A stretch of DNA of 61,202 nucleotides from Trichinella spiralis (taxonomy: Eukaryota): contig NW_003526940.1 of NCBI RefSeq assembly GCF_000181795.1, positions 3,074,497 to 3,135,698 of the forward strand, given 5' to 3'. The translations under genes and the position numbers were made by a program. Below are positions 36,048-49,109 of this stretch, one piece after another. How positions within the stretch are numbered: position 1 is the first letter of the stretch; the number at the start of each line of letters is the position of its first letter. The notes beneath the pieces are model-generated. The model was not told where the DNA came from. It was given only the letters and a program-made list of their open reading frames with translations, and searched no databases.

Positions 36048-37554
36048 TCTTCAGCTGTATTGCGTATTTTTGCATTGGTATGGCAGGAGGGAAAGCATCC
36101 GTAGTGAATTTTTCTAATTCGGCTTTATATATATATATATATATATATATGATTTTTTTACTGATTACATATGTTTATTTGTTTATTTTTTATTTTTGCT
36201 TATTAATGGGTTCGTTATTGGTGACTTATTTGGATAAAGGTGCAGTTATTTCGCTGTAGATTTTGTAATCTGCTATTCTGAAAGAATCATGTTTTGCATT
36301 TTACAAAAGCGTGCACGTTTTTTCTATCGATCAAAAACTTAAAATCAGCTCTTTTGAAATAATAACTTGCTTGTAATGATTATTACAAAATGATAGTTAT
36401 TTCTGATGCTTACTTTATGTTTGCTTTGAATGCTTATTCAATAATAAACAGATTATTTTTTTGTAATTCAGATTTATCCCAACCGTTGCTTGATGAAGCC
36501 ACATCACCCATTGCATCGACTGAGCCGTTGATTTCAGTTTCGGTGAATGAACGTTAACTATTTTGAAAAGCGAGATTATCGCCGATTGTTGTTCTTCGTA
36601 ATTAATAATGGGTTTTATAAAACCAGTTTAATAAATAATGTTTTACTTGTTGTTTATTTATTTGTAATTGAATAAGTGTTATTATATGTGTGTCGTCGCG
36701 GATGATGGTGATATGAATTTTAACTTTTAAAACACATTTATCGCACTTTGACGCAAATGATGATATTTTTAAAGCGCACAAAATGCTGCCTATCTAAATT
36801 AATTGGAATTAAGCTGGAAATGAAAGAAACTAAATTAAATTAAATGAATAGACAGTTTTCGTGAAACTAATTATAAATATGTATATATATTGATAACTGT
36901 AAATATGTAATGTAAAAATTGTAATTCATATTCTGTAAAATAAGTACATACAGCAGCTGTTAATGTTTCGAATTGGTTGTATTTTTCATAAACGATAGAT
37001 AGTAAGTACATCGTACTAATAATGTTGATTAAGAAACAGTTGACGACTATTTCTACCTGTGCAGTAATTGACATATGATCGTTTTAAAAAACATATATGA
37101 AAAGCAACAAAACAACCTGCGTAATGGGTAATTGATAAAGGAATAAAATAATTGTACTTTATATTGAATTTCTATTTATTCATAATAATTGCTACAACAT
37201 TAAACAAATGAACAGTATCTCAGAGGATTTGTTCTGGATGAAAATGAAAATATTTCAACCGGTGAACAAGTTCAAAGTTGAAGAACTGACGTTGAATGAT
37301 TTTTAAAAAGAAATTCAAATTATAAAAATAAATTAAAACAGCACATAAATGAAAAAAGTGTACAAAAGATGATATTGATCTGAAAACGAACTATCCGTTA
37401 AAGAATGTTGTAGTAAATTACAAAGACAATAAACAAATAAATCAGCAAGTACAAAAAAAACCCATATAAAACTGGAAACTTCCACAATTTCACACGTTGA
37501 AAAAATTCACCCGAAAATGCTGCTGTTTCAACTAAATGCTGTTCAACATTGATT

Positions 37555-40338
37555 TCATTTCCAATCTGCCGCGTTCGGACCAAATTTGTATACAAGTCGT
37601 CTGCCGCTCACCGGCAAAATGATCTTGCTATTGTAATAATACCTGAAAATCACATAACAATTACAAACTAAAAAAACTGCAACTTTGTGTGGGAAAAAAT
37701 GCAAATGTCAAACAAGGCGGTGAGAAAATTCAAACAGCTAACTCTGCTCGTTCACCTACCTCATCGCTCGACTCAACTTTTCGTACGTCATACGAGAATT
37801 GTTCTTTTTCATTCCCCAAAGACGTGCCAGCTTTTCCGATTCCACAATTCGGAACACACCTTCTTCACGATTTTCCCAACTGAAAAAAAAATTCACATTT
37901 TTTAAATGCAAACAACAAACAGATATTATTCGTATAACAAGCTGAAACGCAGTAAAGCGAATACCGTAAGATGGACGGCATAGTTTCAGGATTTTTCAAA
38001 GCGTCTCGAATGAATTCCCAGAGCTTGTTACCGGCTTTAGCTATAAAAATTAACATATGATTTTGTCATTTTCAAAAACAAAAAAAAATTAAACCAACGA
38101 CAACAAAATAACAACCAATTCATAGAGTATACAACTCGATACATATTCTATTTTGAACAGGTGAAATTAAATTTATGTTTGTTGTATGATGAAAAATTTC
38201 ATTTTCGAAAAAAAATTGCGTTGAATCATACTGTAAAAAATATAAACAAAAAATGTGATCACTAAATTTTTTCAGCAAACTTCAGTTATATATATTTAAA
38301 TTATTATTATTATTATTATTATTATTAGAAGAGAAAGAAAACTATCTTCAATACATCAAAATGTTGATCGTATTTCAAGGTATAACTGGAAGCAAGTTTA
38401 AAAAATGACTATTAAAGAATGAAACGCATATGAATAAAGCGGAGAATACAAAAAAAAGACGAGAAAGCGTTGTTAGAATGAAAATTTCCATGAATGACAA
38501 CTAAATTTCTGATCAATGGATAAAATTTGATAATTAATAAATAAACAAAAACCAAAAAATTATTAAAAAAACTATAAATATTGAATAATAATCAAATGCG
38601 TGAAGAAAAATATGATTACTGTTGTGACTCATTGGAAAGAAAAAACAGAGAAAAATGTAGATGTAAATATGGAATAAAGAAATATTCATCCGCATTTCAG
38701 TGACGTCATTTTTAACGGACGAGCTAAAATCTGCTAACTAGGCTTAAATTCTTAGCAATATATTGTCTCCAAGGTTGACACGGAAGTAGTAAAGTAAACA
38801 ATCATTCTTCACTTCCGCAAACGATAATGTAATAATAGAACAACAGATGAAAAATAAGTTTATAAAAAATGCAAACAAAAGGAAATAATAAAAATAAAAA
38901 GGCTTAAAAAGTATGTAAAGATAAAAAGAGCATCACAGTTTATTACTTCCGCAACTTGGAGATTAATGAAATAGAAAAACTTTAAAATTTAATGTTTGAA
39001 TTTTTCGAACTGTTTATAAAAATATTTTAAAAATAAATATTATTAAAAATACAAAACAAACAGATACGTACGATGAGGACGTTTGTTGTTCTGAGCGTTG
39101 CTGCCTTCTTGGTTTGAATTCATCTTTCTCGACCCAGCCCATTTCCTTCCACTTCCTCGAACATCTGCAACAATTTCAAACATGTGGCAATGGGCGAGAA
39201 AAAGAAATGATTGTAAACATTTGCATATTTAAATTAACAATAAAATATTAAATTCCATTTTCAATTACTCGAAGAGACCGACTCGTCGGAGATGTTTGCC
39301 GTGTGCAAATCTAAAATGGAGCTGCGATTCGAACTGGGCAAAGAAAATTGTTCGTGGGAATCTGAAACAGAAATATTTTCCCACTTGGCAATAAACTTAT
39401 CAAAAAAAAATATTAAATACTAGAGGTAGATTGTTCCATGAAAAAATTGCTGACGCCTGACGGCTGCTTATTAATACTGCTAGAATTTTCTAAAAAGTTC
39501 AAAAGAAATAACACGAATAAAATGTGAATCAACTGCGATAATATTACTATGCATTAATGATGACGATCTTGAACATCAATTTGTAAAATATTTTTTTAAT
39601 AATAATAAACTGAATTACTTTTGTTGGAGCAACTGTTCAGCGTCATTTTAATGAATTTTCTAATAATACTTTGATAATTTTATAAATTTTCGTTGTTGTT
39701 ATTTAGTTGTGCAGAAGTAATTAATTACATAATCAGTGAAAAGCGACATTACAAAAAAACAGCATAGAAATAATATTCCACTCACATCATTCATAATAAT
39801 TGCAATAATAACTGCATTGTTAAACAATAATTCCTGTTTTTTTTTAAAAATAATTTAACGTCAAAATAAAATTATTATTATTTCATCATCAGATGAACAT
39901 ACTGAATAATGCAAATATACCTTCAATGATTTTTTGTAATTCTTCAAATAGAATTGAACCGAACGCTGGATCACGTTCAACGAAGTTTCCTTGATTCATC
40001 ATTAATAAAATTGCTCCAGTACAACCAGAGAATCGATGCATATTCATCTCTTCAACTGGAACGTTGTACTTCCTGGCCACGTGTATCATCCATCCAATTA
40101 CATCGTCAATTGCCCATTCCAATACTGGCTTTGTTCGAAAAGAGCCCAAATCAACTCGGTCCACTGTAAATAATAAAATTACGAAAAATACATATACATA
40201 TATGTATATCATAAAAATATTGATAATAGGTTGAACAATATTTCAACAACAACAACAACAACATTATATTTCATTTTTTTAATATTCACCTTTCGGCAAA
40301 GATTTAAATTCAACGGTACAAGCGCTACGACGAAACAT
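37555..40338 (-). CDS. ETS transcription factor with PNT/SAM domain, ESE (ELF3/ELF5/EHF)-like; start codon uncertain
   Basis: [17 protein letters not shown]...F...[42 protein letters not shown]...[12 protein letters not shown]...[27 protein letters not shown]...[16 protein letters not shown] and [14 protein letters not shown] are typical of the ESE subfamily. Confidence 0.87.
38701..38951. promoter_or_regulatory. Candidate intronic enhancer: CRE, three CGGAAGT ETS sites and a forkhead site
   Basis: TGACGTCA 38701-38708, CGGAAGT 38781-38787, GTAAACAA 38794-38801, ACTTCCG 38811-38817 and 38945-38951, all in very AT-rich intron DNA. Confidence 0.45.
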
Positions 40339-43300
40339 GTGCAATAATGGATTTATTTCTAAAAAACATGATCAAACAATCATCATTTCACAATACCCAA
40401 TAAGAAAACAATCAACAAATAAAATGAGATTTTAAAAATGCAACTATTAAAAAATAAAAAAATAATTTTTAGACTAAAAAAATTTTATATAAATTGTTTT
40501 TAAAAAAAGTTACAATCGTTTGAATAGAGTATTATCAAGAAAGAAATTGTTTTTTTGCAAAATTGTATTTAAAGGATAAATACGTTATTGTGTTTATTAA
40601 AAATTAATATGTCAATTGTGCAATTTTTGAAACGTAACTGATGACGGCTTTCATTCATTTTTTTCAACATTCCAAATAAATTACTTTTAAATGTGCATAA
40701 AAAGCAATATTTCAATTTTCTTCAAAACATTAAAATAAAAAAAAAATCAAATAAAATGGAATGATGTTGAATAGAATGAAATTAATAACGTTTAAATGTC
40801 AATCTGAAATGATGAATATAAAAAATTAATGAATGAATGACTGAAATAAAAACGTTGATGATGACATGATGATGAAAAATTGAGCAACATGCAAAGATAC
40901 ACGTGTACACACACCCTCTACATATACATATACATATATATATGTGTGTCTGTGCAGATGTCAATATAAAATTTTGAGGTCAGAAAAATTTTTAAATTGA
41001 TGCGAAATGAAACTTTATTTTTGATACAGTTTACCTTGAAAGGAAACGATTGCAATACAAGGCAGCGAATAAATTTTTCACAAGAAAACAACAGACTGTT
41101 GAAAATTCTAGCAGACAGAGAAAACTGCCAGTCAGTCAGTCGAAGAGAGACTGTGGCTGTGGCTGAATGCTGGCAAGTAAAATAAATATATTGGCCCGGT
41201 TGTGGGTAAACAAGAGTCGAGAGTTATTCAAAAACTGTTCCACAAGAAAGTGAGACCAATTTTCAACATCTCCCTCCTTTTGTACAGCTACTTCAACGAT
41301 AAACAAATAAGCAAGCACAATTCAACAAACAAACAAACAAACAAACATGCAAAAATACAAAACTAGCTACAAAATTATTATAATTCAATTTTCTCCAATT
41401 CAGTCTCAAAATCTATTTTAAAAAACATGGTATTTGCAGTAGTTGCTTGTTTACAAATACAAAACAACAAACAAACAAACAGTTTTGTTAAAATTTGAAA
41501 GTTTTGCAAAAATTAGTAACAATTTTCGTACCACAAATTTCGCCTTCGTCCTTCACCTTCATCTTTTAAACTTGTAAATTACATTTGCAAAATCTGCTGC
41601 AAGAGAAGTTAAAAATAATTTTTGATGACACTTGTTCAAACCGCAATCTATCAAACCAACTATCAAAGGACTGAACTTCTTCTATCCACCAACTGCCAGC
41701 AAAACGTCCTACATATGTTTAACTGGAACGCAAGTTTGAAAAAAAATAATTTCTAAATCAAAACACTGGAACTGTAATTTTTTTTTAATTTTTTTAATAT
41801 TGCCAAAAATTCATAACGTCTGTCATTTCTGTGAAATATGTTCATTTTATTATATGAAAAAAAATCTCAATAAAAAAATCCCCATTTTTATTATCAATAT
41901 TTTTGAAATTGTTGAGTATGTGAAATTTTAATTTTTAACTTAGCGCTCATCATTTCTTCTGAGATTGAAGTACACAAGCGACGAAACAAACAACACTTAT
42001 TCAATCAACGATATTTACATTTGTGATATGCTTAAATCGCATCGATGTGAAACCATACGGTTTTTTAACTTCGAAATAAATTTATACCTAATCATCAGTA
42101 TCGCTCTGTCAATACTCGGGATCGTCAGCATGTGCTCAACTCTACCACTTCCGCTAATGAAAAAAATATCTTACTGAACAACACCATTGACCATTGGAGT
42201 GAAAATTTACACAAAACGGTTTACACTGAATAAGGTATAAAACTTCGTCGTCGTCAATATTCTTACTTAACCAAGTATCAAATTCATCAAATACAAAAGT
42301 GATAATCAATCTTGGAAAAAATATTTTTTCCCCTTAAAATCTTAAACTCATTGACAACACTGATGCTAATTCATGCTAACAAACTTGAATTGAAAACCCC
42401 TCTAGCAGCTGAGAACTATTTGTTAAATAAAATATAAATATTAAAAATCAATCCAGTCGTTAAATATATTTAATAATATCAAAAATAACTTGCATACAAG
42501 AAATAATAATAAAATTATATTACCTTTTTGAAATTAAAAAAATAATATTTCAAAAAAATATTAAAGAAAGTTATAACAATAGCAAACATTGCGTTTGGTA
42601 TCTGAATGGTGCACCTCTAATTAATTAGAAAGGGATCTGTTAGCATCTGTCAATTTACAAATGAAATTGCATTCTCGCCGTGTAGCAAATAAAACTTTCT
42701 GCAATGCCGGCGGAGGCATTTTATTCAAAAATTCTGCATTTCAGCAATAATTATCAATATCACAACGAAAAGATGTTTACTGAACAGCCGACTGTCAGCA
42801 GCACATGCTACTATTAAAAGATAAAAAAACAAACTGAAAAACAATTTCTGCAAAAATGGACATCAAAAATATGCTTTGCATTTGTGTGCAAAATGCAAAT
42901 GAATTCTCTTACCTCTGCACTTCGATAAAAAGTTAAAAAAATTATTTAATAACTTGGTTACCAATTGCGTAATGCTGCAAAAAGCGTATTTGCAACCGGA
43001 ATTTACGAATTTAACGCTACCATATGATCGGCAGGTTCAAATTCAGCACACTTGAAGTTGCAAATCAATTTATCTGAAGAAAAATGATGGATTATGATTA
43101 TTTATTTTTTGTCAATTCTGAAAATAAGAAAGTTATTGTGATCTTTGAGGTATGAGATGTTTCATGAACTTGGTAATTTTTATTCTACAGAAAAAGCATA
43201 TTCATAATCGAATGTTATTTACAAAGCTGCATTTCTGTTTGAATTATCAAATGTATATTCTCTATATGGCTGAAAATTATATAGCTTCTTCTTCTGATAT

Positions 43301-44604
43301 ATCATTTACATTTATTTTGATTTCAATGAAGTATTTTAAGTTCTGTCACTTAATTAACTTCGACTGATGAGCATTATGCTTATTTTTCATAAAGTAGTTA
43401 ATTGAAACAGCTTCACTAGTTATTTTTTTATAAAAAAACTAACCAACTTTGTGTAATTTTGACTGCGTATCCGCGTCATCTGAAACTAGTTAAACAACTT
43501 CTATTTCTCATATCCTCAGTATCGTGATATGGTAATCCATATTTTACTCTTTTTAATTTTTATATTTTATGGAAATCATTTCATTTCATTTCAAGCAACT
43601 TTAGTTTTTTAAGGCATTTGTTATCTTTTTACGTTTACGTACCTAACATACAATTATATTTGATAAGTTTAACTATTTTCATTTTAAGTAGCATGAACAT
43701 TTTTATAGCTTTTTAATACTGTTTGACATTAATCATACAATTTAACTTTTTTTCTGGTTCGGTCGGATTTATTACTAGAAAAAGAATTCACATAGATGGC
43801 TGTAAATATTTTTCATTTATTATTAATGCACATGTGAATTTCTGAGATGTGAAAAAATTTCAAACTGAATCACAACTATTAACTGTTGACTATATTGTTT
43901 TTAACAGGATCTTAAAAGTCTTTATTGAATTGCCATTAGTATTTATTGAATTACACTTTAAATGTATAAAAACTACCTTAATATCTCTTGAATAATTTAA
44001 AATTATGAAGGAAAAAGATTTTCAATGTAAAATTCTTCCATTTTAATTAATTGTCAATAAACGTTACATTCACAGATGACTCGGATCCTACTACAATATC
44101 AATAATGCAAAGTAAGTATGATTGCACCGTATGATTACAGTATTCTTGACAAACACGTGATAATTGTTTCAGTTTGCGCCAAAGGAAAGTAGAATTTGAA
44201 GTCTCGTTTGAAGACAATTGAATTAGAATGACAGCTGATAAGCAGTAAATTGTAAACTTGTATTTCAATGTGAATTAATGTGCAAATTGAAATTTTGTTT
44301 AACCGTGCAGTATTTTCATTTGAAAATGCATTTTATTTTCGTTTTCAGTTGTCTGTTGTCAGCTTGTTGTTGTTGTTTATTAATTTTTGAAGCAGATGAA
44401 TTGGAATTTTTGTAAATTTATTCAGCTTCTAAATGTTAGGTTTATTTAAAATGAATTTTATTTTTCACTGTTGCGTGAGTAAATTGTGCAATTGAAGACA
44501 AGATGTTGATTTGATAAATGTTGCTTTTTTCTTTTGAATCGTAATTTTCAACAGTGGTAATCAATTTGTTTCATGTTTCAGTTGTAAATTATCTTTCGTG
44601 TTGA

Positions 44605-46405
44605 ATGTTTTACGCACCGACTGAACAGGATCACGATGACTTTGTTCATTTCTGTCAACTTTTGTCGAATCGAGTGGCGCAAGTAGTGATTCAATCCCGG
44701 CTTGGGAAAAAAATTCGAACCGAAATGTTAGCACCGTCTGGTAAGAATGACTGGTTCAATTTGAATATTCAAGAATGGCCTGAGGTGAACGAAGTGATGT
44801 GCAATTCGTTGGAAAATAAATATTTGCCAGAGTTGAAAAAGTTGAGCATTGTCATTTCGTTGAAAACGGTCGACGGCAGTTCGTTGATGCTGGAAATTTG
44901 GGAACTGTCTTACGACGCGAACAAAGTCGACTCCACGGTGAGCATAAGGAATAATTTGTATCACCGGATGGGTGTATTGTTGAGGTCGGTGATATGCGCC
45001 ACCAGGCAAACGCCCGTTTACAAGCACTACGCTCGAAATCAGCATCCGGATGCGTTTATTCTTTGTTATCAAATTCGTGGCGATTCACCGTCGAAAGAGC
45101 TGCTTGGTGCAGATGCAAAGCATTACCACCTCGCTTGTCTTGGTTGTCCGTTTGGTACGATTCATTTGAATTTGTATTTTCGCATGAACATGGTTATTGA
45201 AACTGCTGATCCAGTGGTAAGTTGCTTTGTTTAACTTATTTTGAGCTGCAGGTTCTTTGAATTGATCAAATTTATCATGTTTCATGAATCGTTTAAATGA
45301 TAATGTTCATTAACTTTAGTTATACTGTAATAAATGAGAATAAAGTCAAGTTTGTAAGAGGAAATGTTGAAATTTTCAGATACCGTCTCCGATGGAAAGA
45401 TTGACAGCAGCTTCACATGGCGAGTTCTATTATAAAAAGAGTTTGAAAAATACACCCCATGATGTACCGTCGTATTCAACGGAATCGTACAGAACAGTGG
45501 CTGAAGCGATGCAACCAGCTGATCTTAATCGAAACGGTATTTGCATGAAAGAGAGTGACGACGACGACGAGGACGAGTACAAAGATGCGCTTTTGAATGA
45601 TGATGGTTTGAACAAAAATCCTTTCCCACGGTCAGCAGCAGCTTGCAATGGTGAATTATATTTATTGATTGTCAAGTTCTGTTGTACAGTATGAATTTTG
45701 TCCATTTATACAGAAGATTCGAGATGGCCGAATTCGGAACCGAATTGTCCGAGAACGTTCACGCCGAGCGTGATGAGCAGCAGCGAGGGGAACGGCTTTT
45801 CGCCTCTACTGTTTGAGCCGTCGTTTCACAGCTTGTTGCACGACATGCAAATTGACCGTTTGTTGTTCGGCACGGATTTGGCGAACGGTCAGTTGACTGA
45901 CCACGACCAACAACAGCAGGGTGGTTTGTTTGGCGGCATGCCGTCGCCGCCGCTGGTTGCGGTCGAAGATTACAGTCACTGGAAACAGGCGGAACAGTAC
46001 GTCAACGAAAGCCAGCAACAACTCGTCCACTGTTTGGCGTCGGACTCGGAATCCGAAGACGCCGATGCCGACGCTGACCAGTGTCCGGCATTCGGCGGCC
46101 GGCATAACTTCGCCCAGCTCGACTATTTCTACAAGCAGTGCAAAAGCGCGCCGGCTAATTTGGGCTCGTTTGTCCGCTGCGTGCCGCGTACTTTTGTCGC
46201 GCGTCTGAACGCTGGTGGTGTGCTGCAGTCGAACTATGTTGCCAACAGCAGCGCCCTCAACTCCGGTGACCTACTTTCCCAGTTGACCTACTTTGACAGT
46301 TTGAAGGGGACGTTCGACGCTTTTGTCCACTCTTTACAGTGCGACGACGACGACGAAGAGCTGGATGAAGATGAGCTCTTAGATGGGACTGGTAGAAAAA
46401 AATAA
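44605..46405 (+). CDS. ATG13: Autophagy-related protein 13 (HORMA domain + disordered C-terminus), about 3 exons
   Basis: QVVIQSRLG...DWFNL...ISLKT.DG.S.MLEIW...LLRSVICATR.TPVYK HORMA motifs. C-terminal FYKQCKSAP and FDAFVHSLQ resemble the metazoan ATG13 ULK1-binding tail. Confidence 0.9.
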
Positions 46406-47107
46406 AGCAGGCAGCAGTCGTCAGTGATAACTGGATAACAAATCATCTTGTTTGGAGCAAAGAGAATGTTTGTTTGTTTATCAGTATTAAAAATCTGGCT
46501 TACCAGATTTGTTGTTGTGAATTTATTCCGTTTTTTGTTATGTAAATAAGGAATAAAAACATCTAAAGTTTCAAATTGTGCTTTAATTCGTTCACTTTAT
46601 GCTAATTACAAACATTTGCATCTATTCTTCTTACTTTCAATTGAACAGTTTTTTTGTCAATCTTCTTCTCTTTTTCGCAACGTTATCAAACAAAAGTAGC
46701 TAGCAAACCATTGCTTTTTGTTATGAATAAAAAAGGAAATGAAATTCTTATTTCAGCAGTGTTATAGTGATATAAATTTCGCTTCACATTTTCTACAGAA
46801 CATCGTAAATGGAAAATTTTACTACATGTTATCGCCATCGACATTTAATAAATTATAAATGAACGTCGGTGACCAAATTCTGTTGAGCAAAATGGCTAAT
46901 TAAATAGCAAATTCGAAAAAAATTCTCTCTATTATAAAAACAAGTAAATCTATTTCACTTCAAACTTTCTGCTGCTGTAATATTCCACATTCTGCTGGAA
47001 GCACATACTACACGTTAATTAATATGAATGGCTCGTTTCCAAATGAAGTAGTACATCGACAGCACTAGAAATCAAGTAACCTATTTGTTGTATATCAGTT
47101 GTTCATA

Positions 47108-48365
47108 TTACTTCATTTTTTTGGTTTATCCGCCACCCTAGATGGCAACGGAGTTCCTGCAGCCAGGTGACGTCCATACAAACTATAAATAGTACGACTG
47201 ATTTTTAAAAATAATGTTTAATTAATTTTATTAACTCACTATTTATAAGTTTCTGATCGGATATAATTCATAATCTGAGCTTCACCTTTTTGCAACTGAT
47301 CAGCAATCGGTGCAACCCATGGATTGTTATCCAAACGTAACACCTGCTTGCTTCCGACAACATCCAATTGTCCTGAAAAAAATTTCAATCACAAAAAAAT
47401 CAAGCACAAATTAATAATATACCTATTTCTGGTGGTAAAACTGTAAGTCGATTTCCTTGAATGTGCAGCTCTTTCAAACGAGACAATTCACCAATTTCCT
47501 TCGGTAAAAAGATTAAATTGTTATCGCGCAAAACTAGCTGAAATTAAATTCAATCAATTTTTTAAATCAAAACATCAAATTTTCCACTGCACTGTACAAT
47601 TTGCAACTTTTTCAAATTACAAACTTCGGGCGACATGACTTCAAAATGATTATCACCAAGGTACAATGCTCTTAATGCTTCTGCATAGAGAAACGTTATG
47701 ACAAAGGAAAAACAATTATTTGAACAAGCATGTGTCATTACCTAACATGAAGAAATTGCCAGGCAGACTCTTTTCATTTAAATTATTACAAGTTAAATCA
47801 AGTATTTCCAACGATTGAAAAGAACCAAAGCCACGTGGAAGAGTGCGTAAACGATTGCATCTAAATTGGAAAACTTTCTCAGCTTCCACTAAGCATCACT
47901 CATTCATTCAAGCGCTATTAAATGCTACCCTAAATTCAAAACACGCAATTTCGACAACGAAGATATTGACGTAGGAAGTTCCTAAAAGTTGTAAAAAGCA
48001 AATAAATGAAAAATATACATCCAACTGTGATAATTTTACTTCGATTCGATTATTCCAAAGCCATAACATTTCAAGTGCTGCTAACTCTGCAATGCTGGGT
48101 GGAACAACTGAAACACATTTTTAATAGAAACAAAGCAATAAAACTGATGCAAAAATTTTCGTCACCTGTGATTTTGTTATGACTTAGAGTGAGCCGAGTT
48201 ATATTAGGATATGAAGCTAAATGATATTAATATTTTAAAAAATCAACGTCAAACATGAAATGTTCACTTACAAAGATGACCAACTTCACCAAAATTGCAA
48301 ATTCCTTTTCCAACAAGATCAACCTCGGATTCGTTTTCCTTCCCATCTGTCTCTTTTCTAACCAT
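47108..48365 (-). CDS. RSU1: Ras suppressor protein 1 (leucine-rich repeat), multi-exon
   Basis: [88 protein letters not shown]. Stop at 47108-47110. Confidence 0.95.
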
Positions 48366-49109
48366 TTTAAATTCTTTAAAAAAATTCACATTTAAAACTA
48401 AACAGATATGTGAACATAGCAAAATAGAATACTTAAACAAGATATTCGAAAACAATTAATTCGATGGTCAACTTAGCGAATTCATCAACAAGGATAAATA
48501 AATAAACTACAGTATGATAAAATTGATGCTGAAGAACAAATAAAATTATTACACAACAGTAAAAAATAACAATAAAATCAATAAATGAACTTTAAAACAA
48601 AAGTAATATTAAATTCATTAAAACATTTTAGTTTTAATTAAAGAAATAAAAAATAATACGTTTTTTCTTACAAGTTTAAAATTTTCATAATCAACTTTTA
48701 AAATCACTTCATCATACATCATCAATCATTAAGTTTCATTTTTTAGATAAGCTTCTATTTTTTTCATTAACTTGATTTTTACAGTAAATACAGTAAATGG
48801 TAGGTGGGATAAATGATTTATATTACTTACTTTTGGTCAGTGGTCTGTTTATTAAGTTTTTAACATATATGCTGCAGTTACGAAGAACGATTTAAGGTTC
48901 AAATGATTTATTTGTTTATTTAATTTATGGAATTTTGAATTAAGAAGCATTGTTTTCTCATCTTACTTTAGTTGCCTATTTATGTTGCTTTGTGAATGTT
49001 TGCAATATTTAATATATGTTGTTATGTTATATTTATTTAATGTTATTTAATAAATAATACATGTTATATTTATGTTATAGTATTTAATGGTTTTAATGTT
49101 CGAACCGAA

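Noticed and set aside
36485..36555. Possible box C/D snoRNA (TGATGA...CTGA)
   Set aside because: The terminal D box is not CUGA and I recognise no rRNA-complementary guide. An alternative exon explains it better.
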